Origin: Callorhinchus milii
Taxonomy: Eukaryota
DNA length: 64,000 nucleotides
Reading direction: 5' to 3'
Assembly: GCF_018977255.1 (NCBI RefSeq)
Contig: NW_024704742.1
Location: forward strand, 45,572,001 to 45,636,000
Part shown: piece by piece, positions 24,001 through 37,370 of the stretch
Numbering within the stretch: position 1 is the first letter of the stretch
Layout: each line of letters begins with the position of its first letter
The notes under the pieces: generated by a model
Told to the model about the DNA's origin: nothing
The model's database searches: none
What the model saw: the letters and a program-made list of their open reading frames with translations, nothing else
Program-made: the position numbers and the translations under genes

Positions 24001-25444
24001 GCCACTGAGCTACAGGACTCCACAAGTCTCCTCATAACCTTCTCTGCTCCAATGAGAATAATCCCAGCCTCTCTAGCCTTTCCTCATAATCAAGGTCCCT
24101 CATTCCTGGTACCATCCTCGTAAATCTCCTCTACACCCTTTCCAATGCCTTAACATCCTTCCTGTAGTGTGGTGCCCAGAACTGAGTGCAGTATTCCAAC
24201 TGAGGTCTAACCAGTGTTTTATATAGGTTAATCATAACCTCCTGACTCTTGTGCCCCTATTTATAATGCCTCGTATCCCATATGCCCCTTTTACAGCTTT
24301 ATCTACCTGTCCTGTCACCTTCAAGGATTCATTTACCTGCACCCCCAGGTCTCTCTGTTCTTTTACCCCCTTAAGATTGTATTACCTAGCTATATTGCCT
24401 CCCCTCATTCTTTCTACCAAAATGCATTACCTCGCATTTCTCCACATTGAAATTCATCTGCCATGTGTCTGCGCCATTTTACCATTCTGTCTATGTCTTC
24501 CTGCAGTTGGCTAATAACCTTCTCACTGTTTACTCCCCTACCTAACTTTGTGTCATCCGCAAACTTGGAAATTGAGCTTGCTATACCCAAGTCCAGATCA
24601 TTTATGTATATTAAGAAGAGCAGTGGTCCTAATATCGATCCCTGGGGGACACCACTGTACACTTCCCTCCAGTCAGAAAAGAAGCCGTTCACCACAACTC
24701 TCTGCTTTCTGTCTCCCAGCCAGTTCTGGATCCATACTGCGACTATCCCTTTTATACCATGGGCTTCTATCTTTGTCACAAGTCTTTCATGTGGCACTTT
24801 GTCAAATGCCTTTTGAAAGTCCATATAAACTACATCAACTGCACTACCTTTATCCACCCTCTCCGTTACCTCATCGAAAAATTCTATTAATTTGTTAGAC
24901 AAGATTTGCCTTTAACAAATCCATGTTGGCTGTCCCTAATTAACCCATATTCTTCTAAGTGAAGATATATTCTGTCCTGGATTATAGTCTCCAGGAGTTT
25001 CCCCACTACTGATAGGCTGACTGGCCTGTAGTTCCCAGGTTTATCCTTCTGCCCCTTTTTGTATAGGGGAGTCACATTGGCCACTCTCCAGTCCTCTGGC
25101 ACCACCCCTGTGTCCAATGAAAATTGAAAAATTGTAACCAAAGCCTCCGCTATTTGTACCCGTACCTCCCATAGTAACCTTGGTTGCATCCTGTCCGGAC
25201 CTGGCGACTTATCTATCTTCAGCGCAGTCAACCTTTTCAGTACTTCCTCTCTGTTTATACTTATCCTATCCATTTCCTCTACGCTCTCCTCTGATACTGC
25301 GGCATTTGGTGCATCCACTTCTTTTGTGAAGACAGATGCAAAGTACTCATTCAGCACATCAGCCATGCCCTCTGCCTCCACAATAAGATTTCCCCCTTGG
25401 TCCTTAATTGGCCCCACCCTACCTTTGACTCACCTTTTATTCTT

Positions 25445-25771
25445 AATAATAATAGTAATAATAATCCTTGCATTTGATACAGCGCTTTTCACGTCAGGAG
25501 GATGTCCCAAAGCGCTTCACAGAACACACTGTAAAGTGAATTGACTGTATATTTGTGGGCGACCGGGGCAGCCAATTGCGCACAACAATGTCCCACAAAC
25601 AGTCGTGGATTGAAAATGACCAATTTATTATTGGTTTTGGTTTTTGAGGGATTATTATTAGGCTCTGTGTGGAGTAAGGAAACTTGCCCAAGGTTTCGTT
25701 CTGCCTGGAATTGAACCCAGGTCTCTCGCTTGCAAAGCGAGTGCTCTAACCACTAAGCTACAGGACTCCAC
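25445..25771 (-). mobile_element. young tRNA/Deu SINE, short subfamily, with TSD TTTATTCTT
   Basis: Full head to (AAT)n tail; tttattctt at 25436-25444 and 25772-25780. Confidence 0.95.
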
Positions 25772-26559
25772 TTTATTCTTGGATATTGTTACATATTCTT
25801 GCATATCTTTATTCTTGATATGCTTGTAAAATATTTTAGAATTCCCTTTAATGTTACCCTTAATTCCCTTTAATGTTCCCTTTAATGTTACCCGCTAACC
25901 TTTTTTCGTATAATCTTTTTGCCCCTCTTATTTCCTTTTTCAAACCTCTTCTGCACTTCCTATATTCTATTTGGTTGTCTTCTATATTGTGGGTTTGACA
26001 CCTATCATACGCCTCCTTTTTCTGCTTCATTCTAGATACAATTTCCTTCGTCATCCAGGGAGGCTTGGAAGCCCTACTTTTCCCTTTTGTGGGAATGTAT
26101 TTATTTTGTCCCCGAGCTATCTCATCCTTGAAGACTTCCCACTGTTCTTTAGTTGTTTTACCTGCCAATCTTTTCTATTGCATCTTTCACGTCGGAAGGA
26201 TGTGTTGAAGTGCTTTACAAGATATACTGCAAAGCAGTGACTGTATTTTGTGTGCAGCAGCCAATTTGTGCCCTAATTTACACGATATGCTAAAATGAGA
26301 CTAGAAGGTGGAAAAATGTACAGTTTACATATTGTATGTACGTACAAAGTTACATAATGTTACAAACGATAGAACTAGAATAATAGGTGGAATGGAGACT
26401 TCCAATAATAATTCCTGCATTTCATATAGTGCCGTATCACATTGTTGAATTATTTCAAAGTGCTTCACTGTTTTTTTAGTATGAAGCGTAGTGATTGGGT
26501 ATTTGTAGCTGAATGTGACAGTTACTTCACAGCAGTGTCCCACAAAACAGTCATAAAGG

Positions 26560-26890
26560 TCTTGTGGCTTGTGAGGAATTGACTGGTATGAAAAGAAGAC
26601 TTACCACAAGAAGAGAAACTCAGACTTATTTTTGGTAGAACATTTTAGGGACTGAACAAGATATTTTTATAGGTAACCATTCTAGATTACCGGTCCAAAG
26701 TGAGTAAACTTCCATTAAACTACATGGCAAATAAGGAAAGGGGTATAAAATGCAAATGGGCAATCATGGGTGATTTTAGTTGTTTATAGATTAAGTTTGT
26801 CGAACAGTGATCAACTTTAAGGGAAGGAAATACATTTATTCAAATAATTCAGTGAACCAGGGATGATGCCATGTTACGTTTAGTATTTTA
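26560..26890 (+). mobile_element. old CR1 endonuclease fragment
   Basis: YRS.., IMGDFS, RDDAMLRLV (PTR..AILDLV). Confidence 0.55.
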
Positions 26891-27059
26891 GAATTAAGTC
26901 TACAACTGTGTTTCACAGTGAATTTATGAATTTTAAAATAGTCTGTCTTTGAAGTTCAATACCAAAACACTGTTACTTAAATAGATTTGAATTTAGGTGT
27001 TACTCTGAAGAAAGCACACATATTTCAGTTCATGTAATCCTTTCATTTACGAATCACAG

Positions 27060-27260
27060 AAACAAATAAGAAAATAAAATATGAATCGCTTTTTTCCTTA
27101 ACTACCCAGATGTGAATAAGCTTTCTATTTCTACTTCCTATTTTACTTACATGTATCTGCATTCACCATAATTTGCCAGTCATCAGTCCAGATGCATACT
27201 CTATCTAGCTTTCTTTGTAAGATCTGCATAAAATCTGCATAGAAGGCTGCATACAGTCCC
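27060..27260 (-). mobile_element. old CR1 RT fragment
   Basis: ILQRKLDRVCIWTDDWQIMVNADTCK. Confidence 0.75.
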
Positions 27261-27689
27261 CACAAATATAATCGCACTGAGTCTGCAATTCCAGGTCATG
27301 AATGTACACTATCAATAAGTAACCTCATTAAATTCTTGCCCCCATTTTAACTAAGTTCCCAAAGGCTACCTTATGCTGCCTTTCCTTTAGTTGGAGTTAT
27401 AAAAGAAGACACTATTCTACTTTTTGACACCTTAATTCTAGGCTTACTTGGGAGGTGTTACATTCACAATGTAATAGAATATAATAGAAAAATGGACCTG
27501 AAATCAAATACATTTATTACACATTGAAATTAACTGAATGTAATGAAAAATAAAGGTTATATTTCATTTAATTTAAGGAGTTCAAATCTAATAACTAAAT
27601 GACACATGCAGCAAATGTAGCTTGTCCAAGTTATTTAATCTCCAATAAACTATACATATAAAAAGTTAGAAAGTCTAACCGGATAGCAG

Positions 27690-28100
27690 AAAACAACAGA
27701 CAGAACCAGTCTAAATTTGGCAGCTCTGTTAAATGTGTTGTTGCTAATGCATTTTGGTTCAAACTTGGAAATGTTTGTACTTGAGACTGCCGTCAATGTG
27801 AGATGTAATAGGGTTCAGTCTAGCACATCTTCTGGGGCTGTAAGAACAATCAATCAGGTATCTTAACCACCACAGATGAGGACAAACTATACATAAAAAT
27901 GTGCAGACATTAGTGATGCATAATTGAGATTATGAATGGTGTTAAAAAGTCTTGGGAAATTTGAGACAGATCTCAAACAGTCACAGCTGCAAATTGTGAA
28001 CCAGTTTGAAGGATATGTTATTGAAATAATAGCTCTAAATTAAATTTCAAAGGTCTGTCTTGCTTCCATAGAATTCAAAATCTTTGTGTTCTTGTGTGGG
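27690..28100 (+). mobile_element. Harbinger transposase fossil
   Basis: VQSSTSSGAVRTINQV (VSKSTVSRIVREVCQA); EIMNGVKKSWEI*..QTVTAANCEPV..NNSSKLNFKG..FHRI (EIMNGFEKKWGFPQCVGAIDCTHV..YFNYKGFHSI). Confidence 0.7.
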
Positions 28101-28439
28101 TTCATTAATACCTTCATCAGCGCCTTTCAGATCAAAACCAAGGTGCCCTCTGCCTGTTCAGTTGGCTGTTAAGGATCCCATGGCATTATTTGAAAAGAGA
28201 AGAGAGTTTTTCCTAGCCAAAAATCCCATAATAAAATTAGTAATTCATCATATGGTCATTTGTGGGAAACTGCTCTGGGCATATTTGTTACTGCACGATG
28301 TGAAGTCATTCCACTTGACACTAAAATCCTATGAAACTATTTGAGACATCCTCTTGACCATGCAAAAGGTGCTATTCCAAATGTAAGCATTATTATTATT
28401 ATGATTTTGATGATACTGTAATGTAATACACCATTGTGT

Positions 28440-28790
28440 TATTAAATAATTGAATTGTCATACTTTAGTTGGAATTAAATTGCACAGAGAGAAATCAAAA
28501 TAGTTGCTTCTAGTTTGTATCATTGCTGCTATTTAAGATTTGGAAATAAATCATTAATCCATATAAGGAAGTGAAAGAATCTTCAGAAAAATCTCAGGAG
28601 TTCACGGTCTTTGGCAAAACAAAGTATTAACTTTGGTCCAGTGATCTATAAAAATTGTGTGCAGCAATCCATCCTCCTCCACCACCTCTCCTCTCATCTC
28701 AAACGTGTTGGCAAAGTGAGCCTGCTGAAATTAGAATAGTGGGGGACATTATGCACATGATGCAAATTTAAGCAGGCTATTTGTCTTAGA
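28440..28790 (+). mobile_element. Harbinger transposase fossil
   Basis: IKIVASSLY, FRKISGVHGL, IKIVC, LISNVLAK*A (LITNVVAKWP), GHYAHDA. Confidence 0.65.
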
Positions 28791-28959
28791 CCATGAGAGC
28801 AGAACTAGCAAACTAAGGTTTTGAATTAAAAAGCATCAAGCAGAACTAAAGATTAGAAAAAAAATAATCCCCAGGGTGCACTGGATTTATGGAGCAGACT
28901 CCTTATGCAAGCAGTTGATGCTGTGACAATTAACCCCTTCAAAAACAAGTGGGTAAATG

Positions 28960-30410
28960 TAGAGTCCCATAGTGTTCAGTGAGCTCACCTCCAAAGCTAG
29001 AGGACCCGTGTTCAATTGCCGGGAGAGCTGAAAGCTTAGACAAGTTTCCTTAATTCACATTCCTCCGTTTTCCTAGCAATAAGTAGAAACCTGGTTGTTA
29101 GTTGATTGGCAGATCACTTTCTGATAATAATCTCTCAAAAAAGTGCTGTCACTCAATTCACGACTGTTTGTGGGAACCTGCTATGTGCAATTGACTTCTG
29201 TGTTTCATCCACAAAATAAAGAGTGAATTCACTTTACAATGTATTCTGTGAAATGCTGCAATACTATGGGCCACTCCATCCTCCTCCACTGCCTCTCCTC
29301 TCACCTCAACCTTCAAGGTTCTATCCTTGAATGTTTCAGGTCTTATTTCTCACACCGTCTCCAATTTGTCTCCACCAACGGTTTCTCTTCCAGGCCCCCC
29401 ACACAGTCTTGTTTAGTGTTCCTCAGTGCTCTGTCCTCAGTCCCCTCCTCTTCAAACTCTTCATGTTCCCCTTTGGTGACATCATATGCAGAAATGGGGT
29501 AAACTTCCACATTTACGCAGATGGCAACCAACTCTATCTCTCTGCCTCCACCCTCGACTCCAGGATAACTGACGTCCTGACAGACACCAATCCTGGGTGA
29601 GAGCCAACTTTCTACAGCTGAATGTCAGCAAGACTGATGCCCACCTGATTGGCTCTCACCAGCGCCTCAGTACCTCAGGCATTGGCAGCATCAGCACCCA
29701 CAGTTGCACACTCCACCTCACCAAGCCAGTTAGGAATCTCGACATCTTGTTTGACCTTCAACTGTCCTTTCTCCCCATATTCGTGTTATTCGTCACCTCA
29801 AGGGCCAATTCCCTGCTTGTCGGCTTCCTCAACACTTCCCTCCACAAGCTGCAGATCATCCAGAACGCTGCAGTTTTTGTCCTCTCCCGCACCTGGCTCC
29901 GTGACCTCATTACCTCTACCCTCGCCCGGCTTCACTGGCTCCACATCCCTCAGAGAATAGAATCCAAAATCTTCATCCTCACTTTCAAGGCCTTCACAGC
30001 CTTGCCCCCTCCTACATCTCTGACCTGCTCCCTCCGCTCAGCAGCTTCCGGTCTGCTCCAGATCTCCCGCCAATCCGCTTTACCATCAGCGTCTGGGCTT
30101 TCAGCCTCTCTGCAACCATTCTTTGGAACTTGATCCCACAATCCATTCTCTTGCTCCCTCTTCTTCAAGGCACAACTCAAGACCCTCCTTTTTGACCATG
30201 CCTTCAGTCGCTCTCCTACCCTCTCTGCCCTTCCTGATCCCAACCCTGTCCCCCACGCTCGGGTCTTGTTCCCTGACTGTTCAGCGCCTTTGGACATCCT
30301 CCTGATGTGAAAGATTCTTTACAAATGTAATTTTGTTATTGTTGTTGTCTCAGTGTTGTAATAAGCTCTATATCAAATGCAAGGATTATTAGATTATTAG
30401 ATTATTATTA
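28960..30410 (+). mobile_element. long-subfamily SINE split by an L2 insertion
   Basis: Head and body 28960-29255; tail resumes at about 30349. Confidence 0.75.
29258..30348 (+). mobile_element. L2 LINE, 5' truncated, RT C-terminus
   Basis: [41 protein letters not shown]; (GTT)n tail. Confidence 0.92.
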
Positions 30411-30480
30411 TCCGTGTGGTATTGCGGGTTACAGTGATAGGTACATACTGAGACCAACCTGAGATCAAGTTTAATGATTT

Positions 30481-30775
30481 ACAACAACAACAAAAATTAA
30501 ATTGGTATAGCTCCTTTCACGTTGGAAGGATATCCCAGCGTGCTGGACAGTCAGTGTTTCCAACCCGAACTGGGGGTTGGGATTGGGGAGGGTGGGAGGG
30601 CAGGGGGAAAGGAAGGTGATCAAAAGCACAGTCGAAGAGGAGGGTCTTGAGAGTCTTGAATGAGGCAAGGGAGGAGGCAAGGCAGAGGGACTGCTGGATT
30701 GGAATGATGGGGGAGAGGAATAACTGGAATCTTGTTTCGGAGGGGCGAAGGAGGGGAAGGAGGCCAGGTTTGAAT
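30481..30775 (-). mobile_element. L2 3' fragment
   Basis: (CAA)n tail, LKTLLFDCAF. Confidence 0.8.
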
Positions 30776-30909
30776 AGAAGAGATAATAGGATGTTTCTCC
30801 TGGTATCCTGGCCAATAATCCCCCAAATAAAATTGGTCATTCACTTCATGACTTTTTATGACTCACTTCTGGTTACTGGCAGGAATCCCTATTTGTGACT
30901 TGCAATTTA

Positions 30910-31250
30910 TATTAATGAGTCCTGTGGTAAATTACAAGTTGAACTTCATTGTATGCATTCCTCTTCTCATTTTCTCAAAGCTCCTTCTACTGAGTAATCT
31001 TCCAGGTCACCTTTATGGTTTACCCCAGAACCGAGAGGCCAATAATGCTGCCATTAGCAGGGTATGTACCTCTGCAGTAGTACGAGCAAAGCAATGTCTT
31101 TCTATATCCAGCTACACTGAAGTCGATACTAGCTTCCAATCAGTATTGTGAAATATCCTGCAGATGGCCAAATGCCAGGAGCTAGCTAACCTTCAAAAAC
31201 AGTTAGAAGTTCCCCTTGTAATAGTAAATCTTCCGATTACAAACATTTGA
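30910..31250 (+). mobile_element. Harbinger transposase fossil (N-terminal half)
   Basis: KLLLLSNL..GLPQNREANNAAISRVCTSAVVR (GSFQ..ADL.GISRS.VSRIVR); LEVPLVIVNLPITNI (GFPNVIGAIDCTHI). Confidence 0.6.
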
Positions 31251-31693
31251 CAAAGTTCTGTTAGCAGGTACTTGTCATAGACAATTGCTCCCAAAGCATT
31301 TTTGAATGTTTTTTCACTGGTTCAGATAATTTAAGGATATTTTGAGATTTTGCATCCCGAGAGTTCCAAACTTTTCCTCTGCTCTGCCAACTCTCATCTG
31401 CTTCAGACCCCCTGTCTGCTCTGCCCCTCCACTGGTGGCTTTCAGCCACTTTGCTCTCACACTTTGAAATTCTCTTCTGAAATCCTTCAATCTTGTCCCT
31501 TCCAAAAGCCCTTTAAAGGTTTATCTCTTTGACCGCTTTCAATTACATTATCCCTAACCCATCCTAGCTCACTCCCAAGTCAGATTCTAATACAACTTTT
31601 GTCAAACACTTGGAGACATTTTCCCTAAGTGAAAGATGCTATGCATTTATAAATGCATTTATAATAAAACGTCATAGCATTTATTGATGTGCC

Positions 31694-32905
31694 CAGCCTG
31701 GGCCAGTTGGTAGCACTCTTTCCTCTGAGTCAGAAGGTTGTGGGATCAAGCCCCACATTGGGACTTTGAACTCGTATAACCTAGGTTGATACTCCAACAA
31801 CAACTACAACAACTTGGATTTATATAGCGCCCTCCAAGCCGGACAGCTTTTCAGAGCACTTCACAGTAATGGATTCCAAGGCTGGACCAGGGGGAGGTGG
31901 AGGAAGGTGACCAAAGGTGCGGTCAAAAAGAAAGGTCTTCAGCCAAGACCTGAAAATAGGAAGAGAGGGGGCAAGGCGAAGGAAGTGAGGAAGGGAGTTG
32001 CAGAGCCTCGGGGTGTAGTGGCTGAAGGTACGGCCGCCGAGGGTGGGAGAGGAGGACTTGGGGTACAAAAAGGTGACCAGACCTGGTGGAACGAAGCAAT
32101 GGGCACTGTTGTGAGGAGAGGAAGTCAGAGAGGTAGGAAGGTGCAGAGGAGTGGAGGGATTTGAAGACAAGGGTGAGGATCTTGAAGTCGATCCTCTCTG
32201 GGCCAGGCAGCCAGTGCAGTCTGGCAAGGATGGGGTAATCGGGGAGTGGAGTTTGGTAAGAATGCAGGCAGCAGAGTTTTATATGACCTGGATTTTATGA
32301 ATGGTAGCGGAGGGGAGACCGTTGAGGAGGGCATTTGAATAGTCCAGCCAAGAGGTGACGAAGGCATGGATCAGGTTTTCAGGAGCTTTTGGATTGAGGT
32401 ATTGGTGGAGAAAGGCATTGCGTCGGAGGTGGAACAAAGCGGTGCTGGTGAGGGACCGGATGTGGGGGAGGAAGGATAACTGGGGGTCGAACCTGACGCC
32501 TAGGTTGCATACGGGTTCTGAGAGTTTTAGGGGAAGGTCGGGTAGGTGGAGGAGGTGAGACCCATGTGATTTTAGACGTTGACGAGAGCCAAAGAGTATG
32601 GCTTCCGTCTTGTCAACATTCAGATTAAGGAAATTTGCGTTCATCCAGCTCCTAAGCTCTGATAGTCAGGCCACACTCCAATGTAGTACTGGGGGTTGAG
32701 GTGGGGGGGAGAGAGTGATGCAATACTTTAAGTGTTGCATTTTCAGATGAAATATCAAACCAAGATCCCGTATAGATGTTAACGATTACCGATCCCATGG
32801 CATTAAAATAAACAGTCAATTCTCTTTACAGTATATTCTGTGAAACACTTTGAGAAGTCTCGAAGACGTGATAAAGCACTACATTAATGGCAAGGATTAT
32901 TATTT
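31694..32905 (+). mobile_element. older DeuSINE split by an L2 insertion
   Basis: Head 31694-31795; remainder from about 32666. Confidence 0.75.
31796..32665 (-). mobile_element. L2 LINE 3' fragment (second L2 family)
   Basis: ORF 32279-32644 NFLNLNVDKTEAILFGS..AFVTSWLDYSN; close to the 48856-49765 copy. Confidence 0.93.
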
Positions 32906-33619
32906 TTAAAAAAGAAAAGAAAAACAGGCTACTATTGATGAAAACAGAAAAATATTTTGGTTCTCAGAAAATAAAAATATAACTGATTGTAAAATATATA
33001 TTCCACTCTCTTATTTGAAGTAGAAATGTTGTGGATTGTTGTTGCTCACAGAAACAAGATGTGCATGCAGAAAAAAAATCAAGTGAAAAAGGAAGATATA
33101 ATAAACTGCAAGCATCGAGAGACAAGATATAATCCTAGACCTGGGCATGTATCCAGGGAGTCTGAAGGAAATAAAGTAGGAAATAGGTTTCAACCTCAGC
33201 TAATTGATTATCTCAAGATGTCTGAGAATTAAAAGGTGGCTAATGTAGCATTTTTTACGAAAGGATGTTGCTGTAAATTATAGGCCATAGGTGACAGCTG
33301 AATGCTTTAATTAGCTCAAGTTCAGCTATTCTAGGAGATACATCATATTACACTATCATCATCATCATCATCAACATCATCAAATAGTTCCACAACATGC
33401 TTCATTTAAGAACATTTAAAGTCCTGCCTTAGAAAAGTAAATTAAAACGTAGGACTGTATCAGGGATCATTACTGACTTACTAGTCCATAAAAATGTGTT
33501 ATTTTAAGAATTTATCTTTAATTTTACTTAGTGAAAAATATGAGATTACTGGTAAATGGTTACCTACCTCAATGTGTTTCAAATGGCTTATCAAAATCCT
33601 ATTGCTATCAAATTGCTGA

Positions 33620-34820
33620 CCTATGTTTTCATATTGATAAATACATTTTCTCTACCAAAACCTACTGACATTGATCTGCCTCAAGTTTGCTGCTTTTATA
33701 ATATATAATAATAATATAATAATATAATCCTTGCATTTATAATAATATGCAAGGGAAATAGGGGAAAAACAAAAAGCAAGCGCGAACAACTTTTAGTATC
33801 AATTTGTTACAAACAGCCTCAAGTTTTTCCAATGAATTATTTTTAACAATTAATCTGCATTAATCAATATGGGGGAGGAGGAATTTATGAGTTGATGTGT
33901 ATTTCCATACATTGTGAATGTAGTGGAGTACACAGTCAAATTGTTCCTTGTAACTTTCTTTGTGTTTCAATCAGTTGTTCAGAATGTCAAAAAATCCTTA
34001 ATTCCAAATGTAATGTTTCCTTCTTTGCTTTTCTCACCTGCTTTGCAATGTTTGCTGTAGCTTTCTGTCACTACATATTCCCTATTTTCTAGGAACTGCA
34101 ATGAATTACACTTAGACTATGCACTAAACTCACTGCTTGTTTTTCTCTGACCCAATCTGCCACTGGGAATGTCTTGTTTTATAATAATAATAAATAATCA
34201 TTGCATTTGATATTGCGCTTTTCACGTCGGGAGGACGTCCCAAAGTGCTTCACAGAACACACTGTAAAGTGAATTGACTGTATATTTGTGGGCGAACGCG
34301 GCAGCTAATTGCGCACAGCAATGTCCCACAAACAGTCGTGGATTGAAAATGACCAATTTATTATTGTTTTTGGTTTTGGAGGGATTATTATTAGGCGTGT
34401 GGAGTAAGGAAACTTGCCCAAGGTTTCGCCCTGCCTGGAATTGAACTCAGGTCTCTCACTTGCAAAGCGAGCGCTCTAACTACTGAGCTACAGGACTCCT
34501 TTTTGCATTGATTTTGCATTGTTACTAAAATAGTGAGAGCCTGGGTCAGCGGAATATTTCAGAATCCCCAACATTATGTGTCTAGTTTAATTGTTATAGC
34601 AAGAATATATCAGCTTCTAAGAAACTCTGAGACTTGAGATGACAACTGCTGGAAGGTGTTCACCTGTTCACCTTCAGTGAAGACAGACTCAAATACCCAG
34701 GGTTTGTATCCACTTTGTTAGGTATGCAGTGCGTTCTTATGGTGGCAATGCTTTCATGTATGCTATGCTGAGTTGTTTTGCTTACCAAGAGCCTCACAAA
34801 GTGCATTTGGTACCTGCTAT
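33620..34820 (+). mobile_element. Harbinger transposase fossil split by a SINE
   Basis: EEEFMS*CVFPYIVNVVEYT (EEFYAIAGFPNVIGAIDCT); NVKKSLIPNV; FLG; after the SINE DS..LYPL and QSAFG. Confidence 0.65.
34181..34499 (-). mobile_element. young tRNA/Deu SINE, short subfamily, full length
   Basis: Near identical to the 23675-24000 copy. Confidence 0.95.
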
Positions 34821-35149
34821 CAACCTAGTTATGGCTGAACCCTACATTGCTAGATATCTAATGACTAACTGGTGACCATTATCTTGAGCAAGGGAAGGTA
34901 AGTGGGGTCTGCTTAGGACTGAGCTGACCTCAAGGTGACATGCTTGGCAGTGGGATATCACAAGCAAGCTGATTCTTTGTGGTGGTCGTCTAGCTCCTGT
35001 GTCAGGCAGGTTCAAATTGTTTCAAAAGCACTGGCATGACTTTGAGAGGCAGGTCAGTCACTGGAGACTGGATTTCATCCCACTCTGATGTTTCAAGCCA
35101 AATCCGTTATGGTGGTCTTAGCTGGTCTATCACCGGGAGGCTTGCCAGA

Positions 35150-35420
35150 TAGTGTTCATAATTACAAGATATGCAGATTTAGCAGGTTAAACTCCAACAG
35201 TACCCTAACACACACTCTGAATTCCTCGAGGCTAAGTTCCTGGTAACCTATGTCTGTTACCTTTTGGAATTAAGTAAGTTGGTGTGTTTTGCAAGGGACA
35301 GCGTGTGGATTCCTTTCCGGACAAATGTGAAATTTCAGACGTAGGTGGCACAAATATGTTGAACGCTTTCTGGCCTGGATACTCTCAAGCATTTGGTTTT
35401 AAGCATATGTCAGATATCCA
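35150..35420 (+). mobile_element. Harbinger transposase fossil (weak)
   Basis: NYK..VKLQ, AKF/GN, FARDSVWIPFRTNV (LGDSAYPLRTNL), QAFG. Confidence 0.4.
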
Positions 35421-36169
35421 ACTGACCAAAACAAACTACATGAGGAGAACTACCCCTTTGTTAGACTATTTTTTAGGATTACAGGATATGCAAATGTTGG
35501 ATAAATTTAAATTCAATCTGAATTAATTGTAGGTTATTTTAAGAACTATAGAAAACTGCCTTCAAAATTAAGACTGAATGAATTCATTGCTCAACTTTGC
35601 ACATTCTGAAATGCTAAGAAAAATAAATCTAGACTCAGGTAAAGTTTCCCAGTGCATTGTATAATGTGATATTAAATTATTACAAAGGCTTCTCGAAATG
35701 ATTAATTGTTTCTAATAGAGATAGAGTACCGGTTAAAGGGAAACATTGGAACTATTTCTTATGGCCCCAGTGAACGTCAATTTTCTGTACACATGTCACA
35801 TATGGAGGGACTGACTGTAAAGATAGAAAAACACATATACAATTTCCAGCTGATTTAACATCTTATTCAGTAACTTTATCCTCATCTACTTATTTTAATA
35901 CCCAGCTGAACATTTAAACAACTGTAAGAACTGTAAAGAAAATACAAAATAACAAACATTTTATATCACTGTAAGAAATAATGATGATCCTTACATTTGA
36001 TACATGCTTCACATGACGTACTGTAAAGTGAAATGACTGTATTTTGCAAGTAAATATGCACAGTAACGTCCCACAAACAGCCAAGAATTGACTGACCATT
36101 TTCATTTGGGGATTGTTGGGCAGACCAATGGCAGTAACTCTCTTCTCTTTTTGAATATTGCCTTAACAT

Positions 36170-36560
36170 CATCTAAAATCTGGGATATTATATGAAGAAT
36201 GTTGAGATCCCCTTTTGGATTCTGTATTATAGAGAATAATCCAGCAAACTTATATACAAAGTCTTGTGCTATTAATATTCTGCAAAGTTTTGTAGAATGG
36301 GATAATATGTGATGAGCTTGTGAATCACTTGGTATGAGAATCCATTGGTGTCACAACTATGCTCATTCGATTCAATTCAGAACAGAATTTCAAACTACAA
36401 GAAAAAGTCACAATTTGATTCAAAATACAATCTGTTAATGCAAAGAGAAGCACAAAGTAAGAGCCCATCAATGCTTATGGAAATGTCTTGGTGTAAGAAC
36501 AGTGCAGGTTGTAGCTTTCTGCAGCGTTAGATTTTTTTTATTATTAATTTATATATTACT
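36170..36560 (+). mobile_element. possible Harbinger transposase fossil (weak)
   Basis: KSCAINILQSFVE (KG.HSINLQAVVD), FDSKYNLLM (GDSAYPL..LM). Confidence 0.3.
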
Positions 36561-36949
36561 TTGCTGAAGATGCTGAGGCAACTATCGCTTAATGATTGTG
36601 TTGGGCTTCAGGGTAACAAAAAAATAAAAACAACCCATATGATATTAATAATTTTGCATATCTTTAGTGGCAGGAGATTATAGGTAGCAAACCAGTCATA
36701 TGGCTAAGATAACTGACAAACTGGTCAGTTTTATTGTCTCAATTTATGTTATCCCGACTCAATAATAATGTGCTCAATCTAATTAATACAATCCAATGGG
36801 TCCAGCAACTTTTAGTTATCCAACTTAGGCCCAATTTGCATGATATGCAGTAAAATATTATTTAGGCTTCAAAACCTTTTATCTGTTTGAAATTTTCAAT
36901 ATTTAAATCTTTTGCAAAATAATTACTGCCTCTTTTACATCAGGGACAC

Positions 36950-37370
36950 TATTATGTGGACACTGTTACGTGCCTAACCTAGAAACTTTATTGCAATTAA
37001 AATTTAAATAGATGAAAGCCCCATCCAGATTCAATGTTCTTTTTCTGGCAGGTTTTGAATTATTCTGGAATGCAGATTTTAATTAACTTTGTTATATTTA
37101 TGGAGACATAATCCACCAACTTCACTCTACTGGGCCTGTATGATGGCACATTGTACTCTCACCATCTAGACCTATTCAAAGATTTATTGCGATTCAACAC
37201 AGGTGTCCTTGGATCTATCACCAAATTCATTCATTCGTCGATAGCCTTTTTGACATTACATACTGAAGCCCTTGTAGGAATGCATGTTAACAGAGAGTTC
37301 AGGAATACTAATTATGATCCAGTCTACCCTATAAATGAGGTAAAGCGCTGATACCTACGAAAAGAAGGTT
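36950..37370 (-). mobile_element. Harbinger transposase fossil
   Basis: VDWIIISIPELSVNMHSYKGFSM/NVKKAIDE (IDCTHIAI.APS.N..KGFHSINVQAVCD); KYNKV; AR/KNIESGWG. Confidence 0.55.

Larger units (their letters stand above)
23296..26175 (-). mobile_element. CR1 LINE, 5' truncated, with RT domain; interrupted by two SINEs
   Basis: KSPGPD, NYRPVSL, QHGF, VYMDFQKAFDKV, GVPQGSILGP, FADD; (CATAGAAT)3 tail. Confidence 0.97.

Noticed and set aside
27151..27225. Minus-strand exon ending at GTAAGT
   Set aside because: Translates as CR1 RT (LQRKLDRVCIWTDDWQ)
37163..37354. Exon-like segment with good splice signals on the minus strand
   Set aside because: Stops in all frames; better explained as a Harbinger fossil
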